Below are positions 53,253-64,000 of a stretch of 64,000 nt of DNA, piece after piece. The translations under genes and the position numbers were made by a program. The notes beneath the pieces were generated by a model. The model worked only from the letters and a program-made list of their open reading frames with translations, made no database searches and was not told the origin of the DNA. The number at the start of each line of letters is the position of its first letter. Positions within the stretch are counted from its first letter, which is position 1. The stretch lies in assembly GCA_023460055.1 (NCBI GenBank), contig JAEWRJ010000015.1, forward strand, positions 2,496-66,495. Reading direction: 5' to 3'. The DNA is from Bacillota bacterium (GTDB lineage Bacteria > Bacillota > Clostridia > Christensenellales > Aristaeellaceae).

Positions 53253-53777
53253 ATGGAGTTATGGGATGTTTTAGACCGGGACCGCCGCCTGACGGGGCGG
53301 ACCATACGGCGCGGGGACGAGATGGCGGCGGGCGATTACCACCTGGTCGTGCATGTGTGCCTGTTCAATGCTGATGGAGAGATGCTCATCCAGCAGCGCC
53401 AGCCTTTTAAGCAGGGCTGGTCAGGCCTGTGGGATGTGTCTGTCGGCGGCAGCGCCGTGGCAGGTGACTCAAGCCAAAGCGCCGCGGAGCGGGAGACTTT
53501 GGAGGAGATCGGCCACAGGCTTGATCTGGGGGACATCCAGCCGCAGCTGACGATCAACTTTCCGGCCGGCTTTGATGATTATTATCTGATAGAGGCCGGT
53601 GATCTTGATATCGGCAAGCTGAAGCTTCAGTATGAGGAAGTGAAGCAGGTGAAATGGGCCTCCCGGGAGGAGATCATGCGGCTGATCGGTACCAATGAAT
53701 TCATCCCCTATCACAGGAGCCTGATCGATCTGATGTTCCATATGCGGCGGGGATATGGGGCGATCGCGGGCAGGTGA
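53253..53777 (+). CDS. Nudix hydrolase
   Basis: Nudix box GGSAVAGDSSQSAAERETLEEIG. The ATG at 53253 lies downstream of the terminator hairpin; the ORF-track start at 53208 lies inside it. Confidence 0.8.
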   Translation: MELWDVLDRDRRLTGRTIRRGDEMAAGDYHLVVHVCLFNADGEMLIQQRQPFKQGWSGLWDVSVGGSAVAGDSSQSAAERETLEEIGHRLDLGDIQPQLTINFPAGFDDYYLIEAGDLDIGKLKLQYEEVKQVKWASREEIMRLIGTNEFIPYHRSLIDLMFHMRRGYGAIAGR

Positions 53778-53887
53778 GGGAGCTGATATGCTCTTTGTCA
53801 CGTTTTGACCGCAAACAATTCACAAAGCCCGGGTTTTATGGTATGTTGAAGGCCGAATGATATTGATGTTTGACCATGGAGGCTTGT

Positions 53888-55387
53888 ATGAACAGACGGT
53901 ATATTGTCGCGCTTGATCAGGGGACTACTTCGTCGCGGGCGGTGGTTTTTACGCCGGAAGGCAGCATCGTCAGCTCCGCCGCGATGGAGTTCAAGCAGCA
54001 TTATCCCCAGCCCGGCTGGGTGGAACATGACCCGGACGATATTTTGTCCACGCAGGTGGAATCGCTGCGCGCGGCGGTGCGCAAGGCGGGCATTTCAGCA
54101 TCAGAGATCGCGGCGGTCGGCATCACCAACCAGCGCGAGACCACGATATTGTGGGAGAAATCGAGCGGCAGGCCGGTGCACCGGGCGATCGTGTGGCAGT
54201 GCCGCCGCACGGCCGGCTATGTGGATAAGCTGAAGGCCGCGGGATATACGGACATGATCCGGGAAAAGACCGGCCTTGTGCCGGATGCCTATTTTTCGGG
54301 CACCAAGCTGCAGTGGCTGCTGGATCACCTGAACCTGCGCGAGCGGGCGAGGAAGGGCGAGCTGTGCTTCGGCACGGTGGACAGCTACCTGGCCTGGCAT
54401 CTGGTGAAGGGACATCCCCATGTGACGGACGCGACCAACGCGGGCCGCACGATGCTGTTCAACCTGGCCAGACAGCAGTGGGATGACGAGTTGCTGGATA
54501 TCATGGATATCCCGCGCGAGGTGCTGCCCACGGTGGTGGATACTGCCCGCATCGTCGGCATGCTGGATGAGGACATCCTGGGCGCGCCGATCCCCGTTGC
54601 TTCCCTGGTCGGTGACCAGCACGCGGCGCTGTTCGGCCAGGCCTGCATCAACAAGGGCATGGCGAAAAACACCTACGGCACAGGCTGCTTTATGCTGATG
54701 AACATCGGCAATGAGTTTCGGCTGTCCCAGGCGGGCCTGTTGACCACGATGGCCTGGCGGCTGGACGGCAAGCCCACCTATGCCTTTGAGGGCAGCGTGT
54801 TCATGGGCGGCGCCGCCATCCAATGGCTGCGCGATGAGATGAAACTGATCAGATCGGCGGCGGACAGCGAAGCGCTGGCCCGCTCTGTGCCCACCTCGGG
54901 CGACTGCTACCTGGTGCCCGCGTTTACGGGCCTTGGCGCGCCCTACTGGGATATGTACGCCAGGGGTACCCTGGTCGGGATGACGCGGGGCACAGGGGCG
55001 GCGCATGTGGTGCGCGCGGCGCTTGAATCCATCGCCTATCAATCAGCCGACCTGCTCGCCGCCATGACCAAGGACGCGGGCTGCAGGCCCCAGTCCCTGC
55101 GCGTGGATGGCGGCGCCAGCGCCAATGGCTTTTTGATGCAGTTCCAGTCGGATATCATGGATATGCCCATCACCAGGCCCGCGGTGCTGGAGACGACCGC
55201 TCTTGGCGCGGCCCTGCTGGCCGGGCTGGCCGCCGGCGTCTACCCGGATGTCAATTCCACCGCGATCGGCTGGCATGTGGATTCCACCTTTGAGCCGCAG
55301 ATGACGGAGGGCGACAGGGAAAAGGCGCTCAAGGGCTGGCGGCGGGCTGTGGGCGCGGCGCTGTACTGGGCCGGGAAGAGGGATTAA
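53888..55387 (+). CDS. glpK: Glycerol kinase
   Basis: YIVALDQGTTSSRAVVF, GITNQRETT and FGTVDSYLAW are canonical GlpK motifs. SD GGAGG lies before the ATG at 53888. Confidence 0.9.
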   Translation: MNRRYIVALDQGTTSSRAVVFTPEGSIVSSAAMEFKQHYPQPGWVEHDPDDILSTQVESLRAAVRKAGISASEIAAVGITNQRETTILWEKSSGRPVHRAIVWQCRRTAGYVDKLKAAGYTDMIREKTGLVPDAYFSGTKLQWLLDHLNLRERARKGELCFGTVDSYLAWHLVKGHPHVTDATNAGRTMLFNLARQQWDDELLDIMDIPREVLPTVVDTARIVGMLDEDILGAPIPVASLVGDQHAALFGQACINKGMAKNTYGTGCFMLMNIGNEFRLSQAGLLTTMAWRLDGKPTYAFEGSVFMGGAAIQWLRDEMKLIRSAADSEALARSVPTSGDCYLVPAFTGLGAPYWDMYARGTLVGMTRGTGAAHVVRAALESIAYQSADLLAAMTKDAGCRPQSLRVDGGASANGFLMQFQSDIMDMPITRPAVLETTALGAALLAGLAAGVYPDVNSTAIGWHVDSTFEPQMTEGDREKALKGWRRAVGAALYWAGKRD

Positions 55388-55447
55388 GATAAGATTGCTT
55401 TTTCGGGTACAATCTCTACCCGCCATGAAGCGCGCAAGCCGCGGCGG

Positions 55448-55476
55448 TTGAAGCTGAACCTATAGCGTGATATAAT
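55448..55476 (+). promoter_or_regulatory. Sigma-A-type promoter with an extended -10
   Basis: TTGAAG (55448-55453), 17 nt ending in TGA, then TATAAT (55471-55476). Confidence 0.5.
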
Positions 55477-55507
55477 CTATCCCTGCTTCAGGCAGGAAAG
55501 GGGCTTC

Positions 55508-56374
55508 ATGTATTTAGCGGACGAGTGGCAGGATTTTGAGGTGCTGGACACCGGGGACGGGTACAAGCTGGAGCGCTGGGGCGATGTGATGCTTGCCCGG
55601 CCCGACCCGCAGGTTATCTGGCCCAAGGCGCGGCCTGAGCTGTGGGAGAAGGCGGACGCCCTGTACAGCCGAAGCCGGGAAGGCGGCGGGAACTGGAACT
55701 TCAGCCGCAAGCTGCCCGAGCGCTGGGCGATCGGCTACAAGGGCCTGCGCTTTTTTGTGCGGCCCACCGGCTTCAAGCACACGGGCCTTTTTCCCGAGCA
55801 GGCGGCCAACTGGGATTGGATGCGCAGCGCGCTTGAGGGCAAGGGAAACGCCAAGGTGCTGAATCTCTTTGCCTATACCGGCGGGGCGACCCTGGCCTGC
55901 ATGCAGGCAGGCGCTGATGTCACCCATGTGGACGCGGCCAAGGGCATGAACCAGTGGGCGAAGGAAAACCGGGACCTGTCAGGCCTGCGCCAGGACGGTT
56001 GCCGCTTTATCGTGGAGGACGCGATGGCCTTTTTGCGCCGTGAGATCCGCCGGGGCAGCACCTACGAGGGCATCCTGATGGATCCGCCAAGCTACGGCCG
56101 CGGCCCTTCGGGGGAGGTCTGGAAGCTGGAGGATGAGCTGTATACCCTGGTGGATACCGCGGCGCAGCTTTTGAGCGGACGGGCGGCCTTCTTCCTGGTC
56201 AACAGCTACACGACCGGCTTTCAGCCGACCGTGATCCGCAATATCATCGAAAAGACAGTATGCGCGCGCCATGGGGGAAAAGCGGAAGCGGATGAGCTGA
56301 CGCTGCCGATCACATCCGGCGGGCTGCTGCCCTGCGGCTGTTCGGGCCGCTGGACGGCGGGAGAGGATAAATAA
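55508..56374 (+). CDS. Class I SAM-dependent (rRNA-type, RlmI/RlmK-like) methyltransferase
   Basis: VLNLFAYTGGATLA (SAM motif I) and ILMDPPSYGRG (motif IV, DPP). Confidence 0.7.
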   Translation: MYLADEWQDFEVLDTGDGYKLERWGDVMLARPDPQVIWPKARPELWEKADALYSRSREGGGNWNFSRKLPERWAIGYKGLRFFVRPTGFKHTGLFPEQAANWDWMRSALEGKGNAKVLNLFAYTGGATLACMQAGADVTHVDAAKGMNQWAKENRDLSGLRQDGCRFIVEDAMAFLRREIRRGSTYEGILMDPPSYGRGPSGEVWKLEDELYTLVDTAAQLLSGRAAFFLVNSYTTGFQPTVIRNIIEKTVCARHGGKAEADELTLPITSGGLLPCGCSGRWTAGEDK

Positions 56375-56377
56375 GCG

Positions 56378-59066
<2,689 letters not shown>

Positions 59067-59083
<17 letters not shown>

Positions 59084-59930
59084 GGGACTCAGCCACACCT
59101 ATCAGGGGGGCAGCCCCTTCCAGTCGACCGCGCTGCACGATGTCAATCTGGTGATCGAGGACCGTGACCTGCTGGCGCTGATCGGCCATACGGGCAGCGG
59201 CAAGTCCACGCTGGCGCAGCACCTGAATGGCCTGCTTCAGCCGACGTCCGGCCGCGTGCTGCTGGACGGGCAGGATATCAACGAAAAATCCAGCGACAAG
59301 CGCGCCCTGCGCTTTGCCGTGGGCCTTGTTTTCCAGTATCCCGAACACCAGCTGTTTGAGGAGACTGTTAAAAAGGATATCGGCTTCGGCCCGCGCAACA
59401 TGGGCCTGGGAGAGGCCGAGGTGGACGCGCGCGTGCGGGAGGCGATGGACAAGATCGGCCTGCCCTATGATGAGATCGCCGAAAAATCGCCCTTTGAGCT
59501 CTCCGGCGGGCAGATGCGCCGGGTGGCGCTGGCGGGTGTGCTCGCGATGCGCCCGCGCATTCTGGTGCTGGATGAGCCGACGGCGGGGCTTGATCCCAGG
59601 GCAAGGGACTTTTTGTTAAACGATGTGCGAAGATTGCACGCAGAGGGCACCAGCGTGGTGATGATCTCCCACAGCATGGACGACGTGGCCAGGCTGGCCA
59701 CCCGCGTGGCGGTGCTTGAGAAGGGCCGCCTGGTCATGCAGGGCAGCCCGGGGGAGATATTCGCTCAGGTGGACAAGCTGTCGGCTATGGGGCTTGATGT
59801 GCCCCAGGCCAGCAGGCTGCGCTATCTGCTGGCTGAGTCCGGCATCGAGCTGCCCGAGTGCTATCAGCTGGAGGAGCTGGCGGACAGCCTGGCGGCTTAT
59901 CTGAAAGGGGGTGCCGGCCATGCTTCGTGA
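59067..59930 (+). CDS. ecfA2: Energy-coupling-factor transporter ATPase EcfA2
   Basis: TTG start after SD GGGAGGTG. GHTGSGKST, LSGGQMRR and VLDEPTAGLD. Confidence 0.85.
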
Positions 59931-60723
59931 TATCACGCTGGGGCAGTATTACCCCGTACAAAGCCCTGTGCACCGCATGGATCCGCGCGTCAAGATCACG
60001 CTGACTGTGGCCTTCATCGTCTGCGTGTTCCTGGTGGGCTCGCCGCTTGGCTACATCCCGATCGCCCTGTATACGGCGCTGGCCTGTTGGGCTTCCAACC
60101 TGCCCTTTAAGATGATGCTGCGCTCCCTGCGGCCGCTGCGCATCCTGCTGATTTTTACCTTTATCCTCAACCTGTTCTTTGGCAGCGGGCAGACGGAGAT
60201 CTTCCGCCTGTGGTTCATCCGCGTGAGCGCGGAGGGGCTGAATAACGCCATTCATTTTTCGCTGCGCCTGGTTTTTCTGGTGATGGGCAGCAGCGTCATG
60301 ACCCTGACCACGCCGCCCGTTACCCTGACTGACGGCCTGGAAAGCCTGGTCTCCCCGCTGAAGATCATCAAATTTCCGGCGCACGAGATGGCCATGATGA
60401 TGACCATTGCCCTGCGCTTCATCCCCACCCTGGCCGAGGAGGCCGATAAGATCATGAAGGCGCAGAGCGCCAGGGGGGCCGATTTTACCTCGGGCTCCCT
60501 GCGCCAGCGCGCCAAGGCGCTGATCCCCCTGCTGGTGCCGCTGTTTGTCAGCGCCTTCCGCCGGGCCGGGGACCTCGCGATGGCGATGGAAAGCCGCTGC
60601 TACCGGGGCGGCGAGGGCCGGACCAAGCTGCATATATTAAAGGCGGGGCGCCGGGACCTGTTCGCTGCGCTGTCGATGGCCGCCCTCTTTGCCATTGTGC
60701 TTTTGATGGCGCGCTATGTCTAA
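59920..60723 (+). CDS. ecfT: Energy-coupling-factor transporter transmembrane protein EcfT
   Basis: MLRDITLGQYYPVQSPVHRMDPRVK is the typical EcfT N-terminus. Polytopic. Position matches the canonical ecfA1-A2-T-truA arrangement. Confidence 0.85.
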   Translation: MLRDITLGQYYPVQSPVHRMDPRVKITLTVAFIVCVFLVGSPLGYIPIALYTALACWASNLPFKMMLRSLRPLRILLIFTFILNLFFGSGQTEIFRLWFIRVSAEGLNNAIHFSLRLVFLVMGSSVMTLTTPPVTLTDGLESLVSPLKIIKFPAHEMAMMMTIALRFIPTLAEEADKIMKAQSARGADFTSGSLRQRAKALIPLLVPLFVSAFRRAGDLAMAMESRCYRGGEGRTKLHILKAGRRDLFAALSMAALFAIVLLMARYV

Positions 60724-61465
60724 ACGGATCCTGCTGACCATCGAGTACGACGGCAGCGCCTACTGCGGCTGGCAGCGGCAATTGAACGGCCCCAGCGTGC
60801 AGCAAAAGGTGGAAGAAGCCCTCTTTAAGGTGACAGGCGAGCGCATCGGCATCATAGGCGCCAGCCGCACCGACGCGGGCGTGCATGCCCTCGGGCAGCG
60901 CGCCCATTTTGATATGGAATCAACTATCCCGGCCGACAAGGTTCCCTTTGCCTTGAATGCAAAACTGCCGCGCGATATCCGCGTGACGGCGGGGCGGGAG
61001 ATTGACGGGCGTTTTCATGCCCGCTTTGACGCCGCCGGCAAGGAATACAGCTACCTGATCTATAACCGCCGCCATCCCAGCGCCCTGCTGCGAGACCTCA
61101 GCGCCCATGTATCGGTGCCGCTGGATGTTGGTGCCATGGAACGCGCCTGCCGGTATCTGCCAGGTACGCACGACTTCGCGGCCTTTCAGGCGGCGGGCGG
61201 CACGGCCAAGACGACCATCCGCCGCATCGACAGCGTGAGTGTCGGGAGGCAGGGGGATGAGATCCGCCTGGTGATCTACGGCACGGCCTTTTTATACAAC
61301 ATGGTGCGCATCATCGCGGGCACCTTGATCTATGTGGGTCAGGGGCGTCTGCCGGAAGACGTGTTCGCCCGGGCGATTGAGACGGGCGATCGGCTGCAGC
61401 TGGGCCCGACGGCCCCTCCGCAGGGCTTGTGCCTGAACCGGGTGGATTACGGAGGCGGCGTGTGA
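60716..61465 (+). CDS. truA: tRNA pseudouridine(38-40) synthase
   Basis: ILLTIEYDGSAYCGWQRQ and GASRTDAGVHALGQ (catalytic Asp). Confidence 0.9.
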   Translation: MSKRILLTIEYDGSAYCGWQRQLNGPSVQQKVEEALFKVTGERIGIIGASRTDAGVHALGQRAHFDMESTIPADKVPFALNAKLPRDIRVTAGREIDGRFHARFDAAGKEYSYLIYNRRHPSALLRDLSAHVSVPLDVGAMERACRYLPGTHDFAAFQAAGGTAKTTIRRIDSVSVGRQGDEIRLVIYGTAFLYNMVRIIAGTLIYVGQGRLPEDVFARAIETGDRLQLGPTAPPQGLCLNRVDYGGGV

Positions 61466-63759
61466 GCGAGGAAAAAAAGCGGCAGGCAAAATCACCCGCG
61501 GCGGTCAGGCTGTCGGTACGCGCGCTGGTCGCTTTTTCTGTTTTTCCCGCGGACATCATGCCATTCTCCTCCGCCTTGATGGAGGAGGGCAGGCAGGCCC
61601 ACCTCAGCCGGCAGGAAAAGAGCGGCGCCAGGCGCGAGCTGGGGCTGAAGTACCGGGGCCGCCGACTTGGGATAGAGGTTGACATCTCCGGGCGGATGGA
61701 TCTTTATGACGAGAATACCCTGCCGCCCCTGATCGAGGAGATCAAACTGTCGCCGGGCGTGCCGCCTGAGGAGGCTAAAAAGGAACACCTCTATCAGGCG
61801 CTGTGCTACGGCTATATGCTCTGCCTGCGGGACAGCATCAGCGAAGTCTCTGTCCGCGTCAGCTATGCCGATATCCGCGGGGAGCTGACCGCGCAGTTTG
61901 AGCGCGTCTACGGTATGAGCGAGCTGGAGGCGCTCTTTTTTGAGCTGCTGGATAAATATATCGTCTGGCACAAGCGCATGGAGCGCCACCGCGCCAGGCG
62001 CGACAAGAGCATAGAAGCCCTCCCCTTTCCCTACCCCGCCTACAGGGGCGGCCAGCGGGAGATGGCAGGGCAGGTGTATACCGCGATCCTCAGGCGCAGG
62101 CGGCTGTATGCCGTTATGCCCACCGGCACGGGCAAAAGCGCCGCGGTGCTCTACCCCGCGCTGAAGGCACTGGGGCTTGGGCACACCGCGCAGATCTATT
62201 GTCTGACTGCCCGCACGACGGCCCGCCGCGCGATGGAGCAGGAGTTTCAGCGCATGCGGGCCCACGGCCTGAAGCTCAAAACGCTCACGCTCAACGCGCG
62301 GGAGAAGATCTGCCCCATGGCGGAGGTGCGCTGCGACCCGGACTTCTGTCCCCGCGCCAGAGGCCACTATCTCAGGCAGGAACAGGGCCTGCTGGCCGCC
62401 ATGAAGGCGCCCTGCTGGGACACGGAGACGGTGATAAAGATCGCAGACCGGCATGAGCTGTGCCCTTTTGAGTTCAGCCTGGCGCTGTGCGAGCTGGCGG
62501 ACGCCGTGGTCTGCGACTATAACTACGCCTTTGATCCGCGCGTGCGCATCAAGCGCATATTTGAAAATCCGGGCGATTTGACCCTGCTGGCGGATGAGGC
62601 GCACAATCTGCCCGACCGCCTGCGCGATACGCTGTCAGGCGGATTATCAGGTGCGATGCTTGCCGAGTTTCGCAGGGAGGCGGGCAAGCGCTTTGGCAGA
62701 AAGCATCCTGTCTACAAGCAGGCGGCTAAGCTGCTCCTTGCCCTGCGGGAACTTGAAGAGAAAGAACCAGCTTTAAAGGGCCTGTATCTGCTGGCGGATG
62801 AACTGCTCGGCCTATTCCGCCAGTACCCGGAGGCGGCGGGGGACGGAAGCCTCTCCCGGGAGCTGCTGGGCTTTTATGACGCGCTGGGGCGGCAATTGGC
62901 GGAGCCGGCGCAGTACAGGCTGCTGATCAGGCGGGAAGGCCGCGAGCAGGCGGTTCGCCTGCTGTGCCTTGATTTTACGCCCTATCTGAAAAAGGCGACC
63001 GAGAAGCTCTGCGGATTTGTCTGCTACTCGGCCACCCTGTCGCCCCTGCCCCAGATGAGCAAATTGCTTGGCGGCGATGAGGAGGACGCGTGTTTTGAGC
63101 TGCCCTCCCCCTTCCCGCCGGAGCACTTGCTGTGCCTGCATGTGCCGCTCAACACCCGCTATCAGCAGCGCGAGGCGACGGCCGCCGCCGTGGCTGATGC
63201 CGTCCGGGCCATGTTTATGGGAAAGGCGGGCAAATACGCCGTGTTCTTCCCCTCTTATCTCTATATGGGCATGGTGGCGGAGCAGCTCTCCGGCCTGCCC
63301 CTGATGGTGCAGGAGACGGGCATGGATGAAGAGAAACGGGCGGACTTTATCGGGGCCTTTACGCGCGACGAGCAGTCGCTGCTTGCCCTGTGCGTGCTGG
63401 GCGGCATCTTTGCCGAGGGCATCGACCTGCCGGGCCGCGCCCTGATCGGCGTGTGCGTGGTGGGGGTCGGCCTGCCCCAGATCGGACCTGAGCGGGAGGC
63501 CATCCGAGAGCAGGCGGAAAGCAGCGGCCATAATGGGTTTGACATCGCCTACCGCTACCCCGGCATGCACAAGGTGCTGCAGGCGGCCGGCCGCCTGATC
63601 CGCTCGGACAGCGACCGGGGTGTTCTCTTGCTGTGCGATGACCGCTACGGCCAGCCGGGCTACTCAGGCCTTTTGCCGCCCCATTACCGCGTGACCAGGG
63701 CGCGTGGGAGTGAGATCGAGGGGCATATCAAAGAATTCTGGGGCCGTGAACAAAGCTAA
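61462..63759 (+). CDS. DinG/XPD-family ATP-dependent DNA helicase with an N-terminal PD-(D/E)XK-like module
   Basis: GTG overlaps the truA stop (GTGA); the ORF track starts at 61429. AVMPTGTGKS Walker A, a Cys cluster CPMAEVRCDPDFCPRA (Fe-S type), LLADEAHNL (DEAH) and QAAGRLIRS. N-terminal GRMDL...IEEIK looks nuclease-like. Confidence 0.8.
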   Translation: MSEEKKRQAKSPAAVRLSVRALVAFSVFPADIMPFSSALMEEGRQAHLSRQEKSGARRELGLKYRGRRLGIEVDISGRMDLYDENTLPPLIEEIKLSPGVPPEEAKKEHLYQALCYGYMLCLRDSISEVSVRVSYADIRGELTAQFERVYGMSELEALFFELLDKYIVWHKRMERHRARRDKSIEALPFPYPAYRGGQREMAGQVYTAILRRRRLYAVMPTGTGKSAAVLYPALKALGLGHTAQIYCLTARTTARRAMEQEFQRMRAHGLKLKTLTLNAREKICPMAEVRCDPDFCPRARGHYLRQEQGLLAAMKAPCWDTETVIKIADRHELCPFEFSLALCELADAVVCDYNYAFDPRVRIKRIFENPGDLTLLADEAHNLPDRLRDTLSGGLSGAMLAEFRREAGKRFGRKHPVYKQAAKLLLALRELEEKEPALKGLYLLADELLGLFRQYPEAAGDGSLSRELLGFYDALGRQLAEPAQYRLLIRREGREQAVRLLCLDFTPYLKKATEKLCGFVCYSATLSPLPQMSKLLGGDEEDACFELPSPFPPEHLLCLHVPLNTRYQQREATAAAVADAVRAMFMGKAGKYAVFFPSYLYMGMVAEQLSGLPLMVQETGMDEEKRADFIGAFTRDEQSLLALCVLGGIFAEGIDLPGRALIGVCVVGVGLPQIGPEREAIREQAESSGHNGFDIAYRYPGMHKVLQAAGRLIRSDSDRGVLLLCDDRYGQPGYSGLLPPHYRVTRARGSEIEGHIKEFWGREQS

Positions 63760-63790
63760 AAGCCATGCTGAAAAACGGCATGGCTTTTAG
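63758..63790. terminator. Bidirectional terminator
   Basis: AAAAGCCATGC-tgaaaaacg-GCATGGCTTTT between convergent genes. Confidence 0.7.
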
Positions 63791-63809
63791 ATTCAGCGAT
63801 AATTCCCGC

Positions 63810-64000
63810 TCATGACGCCTTGGGCGGCATCACCGTCGCCTCGCCGACGATCACCGGCTCCCCCTGGGGATTCACCGCCAGGCACTCGAAGACGGCGCGG
63901 TTGCGCTCCTCGTTAAGCTCCTTGACGGTCACGCTGGCTGTGATTTCCTCGCCAAAGTGGACGGGGCGGGTAAATTTGAGCGTCTGGCCTGTATAGATGG
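63810..64000 (-). CDS. 3' end of a MaoC-like/hot-dog-fold dehydratase gene (partial)
   Basis: The minus strand reads ...YTGQTLKFTRPVHFGEEITASVTVKELNEERNRAVFECLAVNPQGEPVIVGEATVMPPKAS*, which is the MaoC dehydratase pattern. Confidence 0.45.
   Translation of the reverse strand, partial: IYTGQTLKFTRPVHFGEEITASVTVKELNEERNRAVFECLAVNPQGEPVIVGEATVMPPKAS

Overview
The window holds about 48.6 kb of the right-hand part of a mosaic integrative conjugative element (ICE) from a Gram-positive, Clostridia-like genome. It is followed by about 15 kb of visibly GC-rich housekeeping chromosome: glyQS, a PQQ-propeller membrane protein, Nudix, glpK, a SAM methyltransferase, an RluA-type synthase, tgt, ecfA1-ecfA2-ecfT-truA, a DinG/XPD-like helicase and a MaoC-like fragment. 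The ICE ends with Orf7-like sigma-r4 protein, xis and a tyrosine integrase next to tRNA-Arg(CCT). A truncated second tRNA-Arg 5' half lies just beyond. ICE backbone genes are a TTAP-like protein, a 2801-aa ArdC-like/methyltransferase/SNF2 polyvalent protein, MobC, a MobA/VirD2-type relaxase and a 700-aa HEWWH protein. A TnpV-like ORF sits nested out of frame inside the polyvalent gene. Three cargo blocks interrupt the backbone. (1) An AT-rich block between mobC and the relaxase carries class B sortase, a Gabija-like OLD-ATPase/Toprim plus UvrD-helicase pair, and a Hanks Ser/Thr kinase with an unrecognised C-terminal domain. (2) A LexA-box-controlled module encodes a Y-family polymerase, a small protein and an SRAP (MCGRF) protein. 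(3) A roughly 22-kb AT-rich island is the most unusual part. It has five tail-to-tail pairs of a leaderless NlpC/P60-superfamily cell-wall hydrolase and a signal-peptide-bearing, mostly SH3b-repeat protein, each pair sharing a strong hairpin. It also has a sixth leaderless wall-binding protein, two sigma/anti-sigma modules and an orphan sigma paralogue. Two cis-motif families that I could align by eye split the hydrolase genes (CTTCACT-N22-TAnnnT) from the secreted partner genes (ECF-like TGAGAC-N16-CGTTATA, which also sits in front of the ECF sigma operon itself). All family assignments come from motif recognition by eye, with no database search. No CRISPR array or rRNA was seen.
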